Source: Eledone cirrhosa
Taxonomy: Eukaryota
Assembly: GCA_964016885.1 (NCBI GenBank)
Contig: OZ024740.1
Location: 336,598,001-336,662,000 of the forward strand
Direction of reading: 5' to 3'
Length of the DNA stretch: 64,000 bases
The notes below the pieces were generated by a model. It searched no databases. It saw nothing but the letters and a program-made list of their open reading frames with translations, and was not told the DNA's origin. Positions 37,491 to 50,900 of the stretch are shown here, in pieces; the first letter of the stretch is position 1; each line of letters begins with the position of its first letter. The position numbers were made by a program, and so were the translations under genes.

Positions 37491-40400
37491 TGGTTGGGGT
37501 TGGAGCTGGAGGTGTTGGATCTCTGTGGTTGGGGTTGGTACTGGGGGTGTTGGATCTCTGTGGGGTTGGAGCTGGGGGTGTTGGATCTCTGTGGTTGGGG
37601 GTTGGAGCTGGAGGTGTTGGATCTCTGTGGTTGGGGTTGGAGCTGGGGGTGTTGGATCTCTGTGGTTGGGGGTTGGAGCTGGGGGTGTTGGATTTCTGTG
37701 GTTGGGGTTGAAGCTGGGGGTGTTGGATCTCTGTGGGGTTGGAGCTGGGGATGTTGGATCTCTGTGGTTGGGGTTGGAGCTGGAGGTGTTGGATCTCTGT
37801 GGTTGGGGTTGGAGCTGGGGGTGTTGGATCTCTGTGGTTGGGGTTGGAGCTGGAGGTGTTGGATCTCTGTGGTTGGGGTTGGAGCTGGGGTGTTGGATCT
37901 CTGTGGTTGGGGTTGGAGCTGGGGGTGTTGGATCTCTGTGGTTGGGGTTGGAGCTGGAGGTGTTGGATCTCTGTGGTTGGGGTTGGTACTGGGGATGTTG
38001 GATCTCTGTGGCGTTGGAGCTAGGGGTGTTGGATCTCTGTGGTTGGGGGTTGGAGCTGGGGGTGTTGGATCTCTGTGGTTGGGGTTGGAGCTGGGGGTGT
38101 TGGATCTCTGTGGTTGGGGTTGGAGCTGGGGGTGTTGGATTTCTGTGGTTGGGGTTGGAGCTGGAGGTGTTGGATCTCTGTGGTTGGGGTTGGAGCTGGA
38201 GGTGTTGGATCTCTGTGGTTGGGGTTGGTACTGGGGGTGTTGGATCTCTGTGGGGTTCGAGCTGGGGGTGTTGGATCTCTGTGGTTGGGGTTGGAGCTGG
38301 AGTTGTTGGATCTCTGTGGTTGGGGTTGGAGCTGAGGGTGTTGGATCTCTGTGGTTGGGGTTGGAGCTGGAGGTTTGGATCTCTGTGGTTGGGGTTGGAG
38401 CTGGGGGTGTTGGATCTCTGTGGTTGGGGTTGGAGCTGGGGGTGTTGGATCTCTGTGGTTGGGGTTGGAACTGGAGGTGTTGGATCTCTGTGGTTGGGGT
38501 TGGTACTGGGGGTGTTGGATCTCTGTGGGGTTGGAGCTGGGGGTGTTGGATCTCTGTGGGGTTGGAGCTGGGGGTGTTGGATCTCTGTGGTTGGGGTTGG
38601 AGCTGGGGGTGTTGGATCTCTGTGGTTGGGGGTTGGAGCAGGGGGTGTTGGATTTCTGTGGTTGGGGTTGAAGCTGGGGGTGTTGGATCTCTGTGGGGTT
38701 GGAGCTGGGGGTGTTGGATCTCTGTGGTTGGGGTTGGAGCTGGAGGTGTTGGATCTCTGTGGTTGGGGTTGGAGCTGGGGGTGTTGGATCTCTGTGGTTG
38801 GGGTTGGAGCTGGAGGTGTTGGATCCCTGTGGTTGGGGTTGGAGCTGGGGGTGTTGGATCTCTGTGGTTGGGGTTGGAGCTGGGGGTGTTGGATCTCTGT
38901 GGTTGGGGTTGGAGCTGGGGGTGTTGGATCTCTGTGGTTGGGGTTGGTACTGGGGGTGTTGGATCTCTGTGGGGTTGGAGCTGGGGGTGTTGGATCTCTG
39001 TGGTTGGGGATTGGAGCTGGGGGTGTTGGTTTTCTGTGGTTGGGGTTAAAGCTGGGGGTGTTGGATCTCTGTGGGGTTGGAGCTGGGGGGGGTTGGATCT
39101 CTGTGGGTTTGGAGCTGGAGATGTTGGATCTCTGTGGTTGGGGTTGGAGCTGGAGGTGTTGGATCTCTGTGGTTGGGGTTGGAGCTGGAGGTGTTGGATC
39201 TCTGTGGTTGGGGTTGAAGCTGGGGGTGTTGGATCTCTGTGGGGTTGGAGCTGGGGGTGTTGGATCTCTGTGGTTGGGGTTGAAGCTGGGGGTGTTGGAT
39301 CTCTGTGGGGTTGGAGCTGGGGTGTTGGATCTCTGTGGGGTTGGAGCTGGGGGTGTTGGATCTCTGTGGTTGGGGTTGGAGCTGGAGGTGTTGGATCTCT
39401 GTGGGGTTGGAGCTGGGGGTGTTGGATCTCTGTGGTTGGGGTTGGAGCTGGGGGGGTTGGAGCTGGGGGTGTTGGATCTCTGTGGGGTTGGAGCTGGGGG
39501 TGTTGGATCTCTGTGGTTGGGGTTGGAGCTGGAGGTGTTGGATCTCTGTTGGGTTGGAGCTGGGGGTGTTGGATCTCTGTGGTTGGGGTTGGAGCTGGGG
39601 GTGTTGGATCTCTGTGGGGTTGGAGCTGGGGGTGTTGGATCTCTGTGGGGTTGGAGCTGGGGGTGTTGGATCTCTGTGGGGTTGGAGCTGGAGGTGTTGG
39701 ATCTCTGTGGTTGGGGCTGGAGCTGGGGGTGTTGGATCTCTGTGGTTGGGGTTGGAGCTGGGGGTGTTGGATCTCTGTGGTTGGGGTTGGAGCTGGGGGT
39801 GTTGGATCTCTGTGGTTTGGGCTGGAGCTGGGGGTGTTGGATCTCTTTGGGGTTGGAGCTGGAGGTGTTGGATCTCTGTGGTTGGGGTTGGAGCTGGGGG
39901 TGTTGGATCTCTGTGGTTGGGGTTGGAGCTGGGGGTGTTGGATCTCTGTGGTTGGGGTTGGAGCTGGAGGTGTTGGATCTCTGTGGTTGGGGTTGGTACT
40001 GGGGGTGTTGGATCTCTGTGGGGTTGGAGCTGGGGGTGTTGGATCTCTGTGGTTGGGGGTTGGAGCTGGGGGTGTTGGATCTCTGTGGTTGGGGTTGGAG
40101 CTGGGGGTGTTGGATCTCTGTGGTTGGCGTTGGAGCTGGGGGTGTTGGATTTCTGTGGTTGGGGTTGGAGCTGGAGGTGTTGGATCTCTGTGGTTGGGGT
40201 TGGAGCTGGAGGTGTTGGATCTCTGTGGTTGGGGTTGGTACTGGGGGTGTTGGATCTCTGTGGGGTTGGAGCTGGGGGTGTTGGATCTCTGTGGTTGGGG
40301 TTGGAGCTGGAGGTGTTGGATCTCTGTGGTTGGGGTTGGAGCTGGGGGTGTTGCATCTCTGTGGTTGGGGGTTGGAGCTGGGGGTGTTGGATCTCTGTGG

Positions 40401-41949
40401 ATGGGGTTGGTACTGGGGGTGTTGGATCTCTGTGGGGTTGGAGCTGGGGGTGTTGGATCTCTGTGGGGTTGGAGCTGGGGGTGTTGGATCTCTGTGGTTG
40501 GGGGTTGGAGCAGGGGGTGTTGGATTTCTGTGGTTGGGGTTGAAGCTGTGGGTGTTGGATCTCTGTGGGGTTGGAGCTGGGGGTGTTGGATCTCTGTGGT
40601 TGGAGTTGGAGCTGGAGGTGTTGGATCTCTGTGGTTGGGGTTGGAGCTGGGGGTGTTGGATCTCTGTGGTTGGGGTTGGAGCTGGAGGTGTTGGATCTCT
40701 GTGGTTGGGGTTGGAGCTGGGGGTGTTGGATCTCTGTGGTTGGGGTTGGAGCTGAGGGTGTTGGATCTCTGTGGTTGGGGTTGGAGCTGGAGATGTTGGA
40801 TCTCTGTGGTTGGGGTTGGTACTGGGGGTGTTGGATCTCTGTGGGGTTGGAGCTGGGGGTGTTGGATCTCTGTGGTTGGGGGTTGGTGCTGGGGGTGTTG
40901 GATCTCTGTGGTTGGGGTTGGAGCTGGGGGTGTTGGATCTCTGTGGTTGGGGGTTGGAGCTGGGGGTGTTGGATTTCTGTGGTTGGGGTTGAAGCTGGGG
41001 GTGTTGGATCTCTGTGGGGTTGGAGCTGGGGGTGTTGGATCTCTGTGGGTTTGGAGCTGGAGGTGTTGGATCTCTGTGGTTGGGGTTGGAGCTGGAGGTG
41101 TTGGATCTCTGTTGTTGGGGTTGGAGCTGGAGGTGTTGGATCTCTGTGGTTGGGGTTGAAGCTGGGGGTGTTGGATCTCTGTGGGGTTGGAGCTGGGGGT
41201 GTTGGATCTCTGTGGTTGGGGTTGAAGCTGGGGGTGTTGGATCTCTGTGGGGTTGGAGCTGGGGGTGTTGGATCTCTGTGGGGTTGGAGCTGGGGGTGTT
41301 GGATCTCTGTGGTTGGGGTTGGAGCTGGAGGTGTTGGATCTCTGTGGGGTTGGAGCTGGGGGTGTTGGATCTCTGTGGTTGGGGTTGGAGCTGGGGGGTT
41401 GGAGCTGGGGTTGTTGGATCTCTGTGGGGTTGGAGCTGGGGGTGTTGGATCTCTGTGGTTGGGGTTGGAGCTGGAGGTGTTCGATCTCTGTTGGGTTGGA
41501 GCTGGGGGTGTTGGATCTCTGTGGTTGGGGTTGGAGCTGGGGGTGTTGGATCTCTGTGGGGTTGGAGCTGGGGGTGTTGGATCTCTGTGGGGTTGGAGCT
41601 GGGGGTGTTGGATCTCTGTGGGGTTGGAGCTGGAGGTGTTGGATCTCTGTGGTTGGGGCTGGAGCTTGGGGTGTTGGATCTCTGTGGTTGGGGTTGGAGC
41701 TGGGGGTGTTGGATCTCTGTGGTTGGGGTTGGAGCTGGGGGTGTTGGATCTCTGTGGTTGGGGCTGGAGCTGGGGGTGTTGGATCTCTTTGGGGTTGGAG
41801 CTGGAGGTGTTGGATCTCTGTGTTTGGGGTTGGAGCTGGGGGTGTTGAATTTCTGTGGTTGGGGTTGAAGCTGGAGGTGTTGGATCTCTGTGGAGTTGGA
41901 GCTGGAGGTGTTGGATCTCTGTGGTTGGGGTTGGAGCTGGGGGTGTTGG

Positions 41950-44900
41950 ATCTCTGTGGTTGGGGTTGGAGCTGGGGGTGTTGGATCTCTGTGGTTGGGG
42001 TTGGAGCTGGAGTTGTTGGATCTCTGTGGGGTTGGAGCTGGGGGTGTTGGATCTCTGTGGGGTTGGAGCTGGGGGTGTTGGATCTCTGTGGTTGGGGTTG
42101 GAGCTGGGGGTGTTGGATCTCTGTGGTTGGGGTTGGAGCTGGAGGTGTTGGATCTCTGTGGGGTTGGAGCTGGGGGTGTTGGATCTCTGTGGGGTTGGAG
42201 CTGGGGGTGTTGGATCTCTGTGGTTGGGGCTGGAGCTGGAGGTGTTGGATCTCTGTGGTTGGGGTTGGAGCTGGGGGTGTTGGATCTCTGTGGTTGGGGT
42301 TGGAGCTGGAGGTGTTGGATCTCTGTGGTTGGGGTTGGAGCTGGGCGTGTTGGATCTCTGTGGTTGGGGTTGGAGCTGGGGGTGTTGGATCTCTGTGGTT
42401 GGGGTTGGAGCTGGGGGTGTTGGATCTCTGTGGTTGGGGTTGGAGATGGGGGTGTTGGATCTCTGTGGTTGGGGTTGAAGCTGTGGGTGATGGATCTCTG
42501 TGGTTGGGGTTGGAGCTGGGGGTGTTGGATCTCTGTGGTTGGGGTTGGAGCTGGAGGTGTTGGATCTCTGTGGGGTTGGAGCTGGGGGTGTTGGATCTCT
42601 GTGGTTGGGGTTGGAGCTGGGGGTGTTGGATCTCTGTGGTTGGGGTTGGAGCTGGGGGTGTTGGATCTCTGTGGTTGGGGTTGGAGCTGGGGGTGTTGGA
42701 TCTCTGTGGTTGGGGTTGGAGCTGGGGGTGTTGGATCTCTGTGGTTGGGGTTGGAGCTGGGGGTGTTGGATCTCTGTGGTTGGGGTTGGAGCTGGGGGTG
42801 TTGGATGTCTGTGGTTGGGGTTGGAGCTGGGGGTGTTGGATCTCTGTGGTTGGGGTTGGAGCTGAGGGTGTTGGATCTCTGTGGTTGGGGTTGGAGCTGG
42901 GGGTGTTGGATTTCTGTGGTTGGGGTTGGAGCTGGGGGTGTTGGATCTCTGTGGTTGGGGTTGGAGCTGGGGGTGTTAGATCTCTGTGGTTGGGGTTGGA
43001 GCTGGGGGTGTTGGATCTCTGTGGTTGGGGTTGGAGCTGGGGTTGTTGGATCTCTGTGGTTGGGGTTGGAGCTGGGGGTGTTAGATCTCTGTGGTTGGGG
43101 TTGGAGCTGGGGGTGTTGGATCTCTGTGGTTGGGGTTGGAGCTGGGGGTGTTGGATCTCTGTGGTTGGGGTTGGAGCTGGGGGTGTTGGATCTCTGTGGT
43201 TGGGGTTGGAGCTGGGGGTGTTGGATCTCTGTGGTTGGGGTTGGAGCTGAGGGTGTTGAATCTCTGTGGTTGGGGTTGGAGCTGGAGGTGTTGGATCTCT
43301 GTGGTTGGGGTTGGAGCTGGGGGTGTTGGATATCTGTGGTTGGGGCTGAAGCTGGGGGTGTTGGATCTCTGTGGTTGGGGTTGGAGCTGGAGGTGTTGGA
43401 TCTCTGTGGTTGGTGTTGGAGCTGGGGGTGTTGGATCTCTGTGGTTGGGGTTGGAGCTGGGGGTGTTGGATCTCTGTGGTTGGGGTTGGAGCTGGGGGTG
43501 TTGGATCTCTGTGGTTGGGGTTGGAGCTGGGGGTGTTGGATCTCTGTGGTTGGGGTTGGAGCTGGAGGAGTTGGATCTCTGTGGTTGGGGTTGGAGCTGA
43601 GGGTGTTGGATCTCTGTGGTTGGGGTTGGAGCTGGAGGTGTTGGATCTCTGTGGTTGGGGTTGGAGCTGGGGGTGTTGGATCTCTGTGGTTGGGGTTGGA
43701 GCTGGAGGTGTTGGATCTCTGTGGTTGGGGTTGGAGCTGGGGGTGTTGGATCTCTGTGGTTGGGGTTGGAGCTGAGGGTGTTGGATCTCTGTGGTTGGGG
43801 TTGGAGCTGGAGGTGTTGGATCTCTGTGGTTGGGGTTGGAGCTGGGGGTGTTGGATCTCTGTGGTTGGGGTTGGAGCTGGGGGTGTTGGATTTCTGTGGT
43901 TGGGGTTGGAGCTGGGGGTGTTGGATCTCTGTGGTTGGGGTTGGAGCTGGGGGTGTTGGATCTCTGTGGTTGGGGTTGGAGCTGGAGGTGTTGGATCTCT
44001 GTGGTTGGGGTTGGAGCTGGGGGTGTTGGATCTCTGTGGTTGGGGTTGAAGCTGGGGGTGTTGGATCTCTGTGGTTGGGGTTGGAGCTGGGGGTGTTGGA
44101 TCTCTGTGGTTGGGGTTGGAGCTGGGGGTATTGGATCTCTGTGGTTGGGGTTGGAGCTGGAGGTGTTGGATCTCTGTGGGGTTGGAGCTGGGGGTGTTGG
44201 ATCTCTGTGGGGTTGGAGCTGGGGGTGTTGGATCTCTGTGGTTGGAGTTGGAGCTGGGGGTGTTGGATCTCTGTGGTTGGGGTTGGAGCTGGAGGTGTTG
44301 GATCTCTGTGGTTGGGGTTGGAGCTGGAGGTGTTGGATCTCTGTGGTTGGGGTTGGAGCTGGAGGTGTTGGATCTCTGTGGGGTTGGAGCTGGGGGTGTT
44401 GGATCTCTGTGGTTGGGGTTGGAGCTGGGGGTGTTGGACCTCTGTGGAGTTGGAGCTGGGGTGTTGGATCTCTGTGGTTGGGGTTGGAGCTGGGGGTGTT
44501 GGATCTCTGTGGGGTTGGAGCTGGGGGTGTTGAATCTCTGTGGTTGGTGTTGGAGCTGGAGGTGTTGGATCTCTGTGGTTGGGGTTGGAGCTGGAGGTGT
44601 TGGATCTCTGTGGTTGGGGTTGGAGCTGGGGGTGTTGGATCTCTGTGGTTGGGGTTGGAGCTGGGGGTGTTGGATCTCTGTGGTTGGGGTTGGAGGTGGG
44701 GGTGTTGGATCTCTGTGGTTGGGGTTGGAGCTGGAGGTGTTGTATTACTGTGGTTGGCGTTGGAGCTGGGGGTGTTGGATCTCTGTGGTTGGGGTTGGAG
44801 CTGGAGGTGTTGGATCTCTGTGGTTGGGGTTGGAGCTGGGGGTGTTGGATCTCTGTGGTTGGGGTTGGAGCTGGAGGTGTTGGATCTCTGTGGTTGGAGC

Positions 44901-47900
44901 TGGATGTGTTGGATCTCTGTGGTTGGGGTTGGAGCTGGAGGTGTTGTATCTCTGTGGTTGGGGTTGGAGCTGGAGGTGTTGGATCTCTGTGGTTGGGGCT
45001 GGAGCTGGAGATGTTGGATCTCTGTGGTTGGGGTTGGAGCTGGGGGTGTTGGATCTCTGTGGTTGGAGCTGGAGGTGTTGGATCTCTGTGGTTGGGGTTG
45101 GAGCTGGAGGTGTTGGATCTCTGTGGTTGGGGTTGGAGCTGGGGGTGTTGGATCTCTGTGGTTGGGGCTGGAGCTGGAGGTGTTGGATCTCTGTGGTTGG
45201 GGTTGGATCTGGGGGTGTTGGATCTCTGTGGTTGGAGCTGGGGGTGTTGGATCTCTGTGGTTGGGGTTGGAGCTGGAGGTGTTGGATCTCTGTGGTTGGG
45301 GTTGGAGCTTGGGGTGTTGGATCTCTGTGGTTGGGGTTGGAGCTGGAGGTGTTGGATCTCTGTGGGGTTGGAGCTGGGGGGGGTTGGATATCTGTGGTTG
45401 GGGTTGGAGCTGGGGGTGTTGGATCTCTGTGGTTGGGGTTGGAGCTGGAGGTGTTGGATCTCTGTGGTTGGGGTTGGAGCTGGAGGTGTTGGATCTCTGT
45501 GGTTGGGGTTGGAGCTGGAGGTGTTGGATCTCTGTGGTTGGGGTTGGAGCTGGAGGTGTTGGATCTCTGTGGTTGGGGTTGGAGCTGGAGGTGTTGGATC
45601 TCTGTGGTTGGAGCTGGAGGTGTTGGATCTCTGTGGTTGGGGTTGGAGTTGGGGGTGTTGGATCTCTGTGGTTGGGGCTGGAGCTGGGGGTGTTGGATCT
45701 CTGTGGTTGGGGCTGGAGCTGGGGGTGTTGGATCTCTGTGGTTGGGGCTGGAGCTGGGGGTGTTGGATCTCTGTGGTTGGGGCTGGAGCTGGGGGTGTTG
45801 GATCTCTGTGGTTGGGGCTGGAGCTGGGGGTGTTGGATCTCTGTGGTTGGGGCTGGAGCTGGGGCTGTTGGATTTCTGTGGTTGGGGTTGAAGCTGGAGG
45901 TGTTGGATCTCTGTGGTTGGGGTTGGAGCTGGGGGTGTTGGATCTCTGTGGTTGGGGTTGGAGCTGGGGGTGTTGGATCTCTGTGGTTGGGGTTGGAGCT
46001 GGGGGTGTTGGATCTCTGTGGTTGGGATTGGAGCTGGAGGTGTTGGATCTCTGTGGTTGGGGTTGGAGCTGGGGGTGTTGGATCTCTGTGGTTGGGGTTG
46101 GAGCTGGGGGTGTTGGATCTCTGTGGTTGGGGTTGGAGCTGGGGGTGTTGGATCTCTGTGGTTGGGGTTGGAGCTGGGGGTGTTGGATCTCTGTGGTTGG
46201 GGTTGGAGCTGGAGGTGTTGGATCTCTGTGGTTGGGGTTGGAGCTGGAGGTCTTGGATCTCTGTGGTTGGGGTTGGAGCTGGGGGTGTTGGATCTCTGTG
46301 GGGTTGGAGCTGGAGGTGTTGGATCTCTGTGGTTGGGATTGGGGTTGGAGCTGGGGGTGTTGGATCTCTGTGGTTGGGGATGGAGCTGGGGGTGTTGGAT
46401 CTCTGTGGTTGGGGTTGGAGCTGGTGGTGTTGGATCTCTGTGGTTGGGGTTGGAGCTGGGGGTGTTGGATCTCTGTGGTTGGGGTTGGAGCTGGGGGTGT
46501 TGGATCTCTGTGGTTGGGGTTGGAGCTGGAGGTGTTGGATCTCTGTGGGGTTGGAGCTGGGGGTGTTGGATATCTGTGGTTGGGGTTGGAGCTGGGGGTG
46601 TTGGATCTCTGTAGTTGGGGTTGGAGCTGGAGGTGTTGGATCTCTGTGGTTGGGGTTGGAGCTGGAGGTGTTGGATATCTGTGGTTGGGGTTGGAGCTGG
46701 GGGTGTTGGATCTCTGTGGTTGGGGTTGGAGCTGGAGGTGTTGGATCTCTGTGGGGTTGGAGCTGGGGGTGTTGGATCTCTGTGGGGTTGGAGCTGGGGG
46801 TGTGGGATCTCTGTGGGGTTGGAGCTGGGGGTGTTGGATCTCTGTGGTTGAGGCTGGAGCTGGAGGTGTTGGATCTCTGTGGTTGGGGTTGGAGCTGGGG
46901 GTGTTGGATCTCTGTGGTTGGAGTTGGAGCTGGAGGTGTTGGATCTCTGTGGTTGGGGTTGGAGCTGGGGGTGTTGGATCTCTGTGGTTGGGGTTGGAGC
47001 TGGGGGTGTTGGATCGCTGTGGTTGTGGTTGGAGCTGGGGGTGTTGGATCTCTGTGGTTGGGGTTGGAGCTGGGGGTGTTGGATCTCTGTGGTTGGGGTT
47101 GGAGCTGGAGGTGTTGGATCTCTGTGGTTGGGGTTGGAGCTGGGGGTGTTGGATCTCTGTGGTTGGGGTTGGAGCTGGGGATGTTGGATCTCTGTGGTTG
47201 GGGTTGGAGCTGGGGGTGTTGGATCTCTGTGGTTGGGGTTGGAGCTGGGGGTGTTGGATCTCTGTGGTTGGGGTTGTAGCTGGGGGTGTTGGATCTCTGT
47301 GGTTGGGGTTGGAGCTGGAGGTGTTGGATCTCTGTGGGGTTGGAGCTGGGGGTGTTGGATTTCTGTGGGGTTGGAGCTGGGGGTGTTGGATCTCTGTGGT
47401 TGGGGTTGGAGCTGGGGGTGTTGGATCTCTGTGGTTGGGGTTGGAGCTGGAGGTGTTGGATCTCTGTGGGGTTGGAGCTGGGGGTGTTGGATCTCTGTGG
47501 GGTTGGAGCTGGGGGTGTTGGATCTCTGTGGTTGGGGCTGGAGCTGGAGGTGTTGGATCTCTGTGGTTGGGGTTGGAGCTGGGGGTGTTGGATCTCTGTG
47601 GTTGGGGTTGGAGCTGGAGGTGTTGGATCTCTGTGGTTGGGGTTGGAGCTGGGGGTGTTGGATCTCTGTGGTTGGGGTTGGAGCTGGGGGTGTTGGATCT
47701 CTGTGGTTGGGGTTGGAGCTGGGGGTGTTGGATCTCTGTGGTTGGGGTTGGAGCTGGGGGTGTTGGATCTCTGTGGTTGGGGTTGGAGCTGGGGGTGTTG
47801 GATCTCTGTGGTTGGGGTTGGAGCTGGGGGTGTTGGATCTCTGTGGTTGGGGTTGGAGCTGGAGGTGTTGGATCTCTGTGGTTGGGGTTGGAGCTGGGGG

Positions 47901-50900
47901 TGTTGGATCTCTGTGGTTGGGGTTGGAGCTGGGGGTGTTGGATCTCTGTGGTTGGGGTTGGAGCTGGGGGTGTTGGATCTCTGTGGTTGGGGTTGGAGCT
48001 GGGGGTGTTGGATCTCTGTGGTTGGGGTTGGAGCTGGAGGTGTTGGATCTCTGTGGTTGGGGTTGGAGCTGGAGGTGTTGGATCTCTGTGGTTGGGGTTG
48101 GAGCTGGGGGTGTTGGATCTCTGTGGTTGGAGTTGGAGCTGGGGGTGTTGGATCTCTGTGGTTGGGGTTGGAGCTGGGGGTGTTGGATCTCTGTGGTTGG
48201 GGTTGGAGCTGGGGGTGTTGGATCTCTGTGGTTGGGGGTTGGAGCTGGGGGTGTTGGATTTCTGTGGTTGGGGTTGAAGCTGGGGGTGTTGGATCTCTGT
48301 GGGGTTGGAGCTGGGGGTGTTGGATCTCTGTGGGTTTGGAGCTGGAGGTGTTGGATCTCTGTGGTTGGGGTTGGAGCTGGAGGTGTTGGATCTCTGCGGT
48401 TGGGGTTGGAGCTGGAGGTGTTGGATCTCTGTGGTTGGGGTTGGAGCTGGAGGTGTTGGATCTCTGTGGTTGGGGTTGAAGCTGGGAGTGTTGGATCTCT
48501 GTGGTTGGGTTGGAGCTGGAGGTGTTGGATCTCTGTGGTTGGGGTTGGAGCTGGGGGTGTGGATCTCTGTGGTTGGGGTTGGAGCTGGAGGTGTTGGATC
48601 TCTGTGGTTGGGGTTGGAACTGGAGGTGTTGGATCTCTGTGGTTGGGGTTGTAACTGGAGGTGTTGGATCTCTGTGGTTGGGGTTGGAGCTGGAGGTGTT
48701 GGATCTCTGTGGTTGGGGTTGGAACTGGAGGTGTTGGATCTCTGTGATTGGGACTGGAGCTGGGGGTGTTGGATCACTGTGGTTGGGGTTGGAGCTGGAG
48801 GTGTTGGATCTCTGTGGTTGGGGTTGGAGCTGGAGGTGTTGGATCTCTGTGGTTGGGGTTCGAGCTGGAGGTGTTGGATCTCTGTGGTTGGGGTTGGAGC
48901 TGGAGGTGTTGGATCTCTGTGGTTGGGGTTGGAGCTGGAGGTGTTGGATCTCTGTGGTTGGGGGTGGAGCTGGAGGTGTTGGATCTCTGTGGTTGGGGTT
49001 GGAGCTGGAGGTGTTGGATCTCTGTGGTTGGGGTTGGAGCTGGAGGTGTTGGATCTCTGTGGTTGGGGTTGGAGCTGGAGGTGTTGGATCTCTGTGGTTG
49101 GGGTTGGAGCTGGGGGTGTTGGATCTCTGTGTTTGGGGTTGGAGCTGGAGGTGTTGGATCTCTGTGGTTGGGGTTGGAGCTGGAGGTGTTGGATCTCTGT
49201 GGTTGGGGTTGGAGCTGGAGGTGTTGGATCTCTGTGGTTGGGGTTGGAGCTGGAGGTGTTGGATCTCTGTGGTTGGGGTTGGAGCTGGGGGTGTTGGATC
49301 TCTGTGGTTGGGGTTGGAGCTGGAGGTGTTGGATCTCTGTGGTTGGGGTTGGAGCTGGAGATGTTGGATCTCTGTGGTTGGGGTTGGAGCTGGGGGTGTT
49401 GGATCTCTGTGTTTGGGGTTGGAGCTGGAGGTGTTGGATCTCTGTGGTTGGGGTTGGAGCTGGAGGTGTTGGATCTCTGTGGTTGGGGTTGGAGCTGGAT
49501 GTGTTGGATCTCTGTGGTTGGGGTTGGAGCTGGAGGTGTTGGATCTCTGTGGTTGGGGTTGGAGCTGGGGGTGTTGGATCTCTGTGGTTGGGGTTGGAGC
49601 TGGGGGTGTTGGATCTCTGTGGTTGGGGTTGGAGCTGGAGGTGTTGGATCTCTGTGGTTGGGGTTGGAGCTGGGGGTGTTGGATCTCTGTGGTTGGGGTT
49701 GGAGCTGGAGGTGTTGGATCTCTGTGGTTGGGGTTGGAGCTGGGGGTGTTGGATCTCTGTGTTTGGGGTTGGAGCTGGAGGTGTTGGATCTCTGTGGTTG
49801 GGGTTGGTGCTGGAGGTGTTGGATCTCTGTGGTTGGGGTTGGTACTGGGGGTGTTGGATCTCTGTGGGGTTGGAGCTGGGGGTGTTGGATCTCTGTGGTT
49901 GGGGTTGGAGCTGGAGGTGTTGGATCTCTGTGGTTGGGGTTGGAGCTGGGGGTGTTGGATCTCTGTGGTTGGGGTTGGAGCTGGAGGTGTTGGATCTCTG
50001 TGGTTGGAGTTGGAGCTGGGGGTGTTGGATCTCTGTGGTTGGGGTTGGATGGGGGTGTTGGATCTCTGTGGTTGGGGTTGGAGCTGGGGGTGTTGGATCT
50101 CTGTGGTTGGGGTTGGAGCTGGGGGTGTTGGATCTCTGTGGTTGGGGTTGGAGCTGGGGGTGTTGGGTCTCTGTGGTTGGGGTTGGAGCTGGAGGTGTTG
50201 GATCTCTGTGGTTGGGGTTGGTACTGGGGGTGTTGGATCTCTGTGGGGTTGGAGCTGGGGGTGTTGGATCTCTGTGGTTGGGGGTTGGAGCTGGAGGTGT
50301 TGGATCTCTGTGGTTGAGGTTGGAGCTGGGGGTGTTGGATCTCTGTGGTTGGGGGTTGGAGCTGGGGGTGTTGGATTTCTGTGATTGGGGTTGAAGCTGG
50401 GGGTGTTGGATCTCTGTGGGGTTGGAGCTGGGGGTGTTGGATCTCTGTGGTTGGGGTTGGAGCTGGAGGTGTTGGATCTCTGTGGTTGGGGTTGGAGCTG
50501 GGGGTGTTGGATCTCTGTGGTTGGGGTTGGAGCTGGAGGTGTTGGATCTCTGTGGTTGGGGTTGGAGCTGGGGGTGTTGGATCTCTGTGGTTGGGGTTGG
50601 AGCTGGGGGTGTTGGATCTCTGTGGTTGGGGTTGGAGCTGGAGGTGTTGGATCTCTGTGGTTGGGGTTGGTACTGGGGATGTTGGATCTCTGTGGCGTTG
50701 GAGCTGGGGGTGTTGGATCTCTGTGGTTGGGGGTTGGAGCTGGGGGTGTTGGATCTCTGTGGTTGGGGTTGGAGCTGGGGGTGTTGGATCTCTGTGGTTG
50801 GGGTTGGAGCTGGGGGTGTTGGTATTCTGTGGTTGGGGTTGGAGCTGGAGGTGTTGGATCTCTGTGGTTGGGGTTGGAGCTGGAGGTGTTGGATCTCTGT

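Noticed and set aside
26786-46427. E. coli Chi GCTGGTGG at 26786, 34196 and 46420; consensus GCTGGGGG/GCTGGAGG is one mismatch away
   Set aside because: The three exact matches are one mutation copied by the mapped duplications, and nothing suggests a RecBCD host. The resemblance to minisatellite Chi-like cores has no demonstrated function here.
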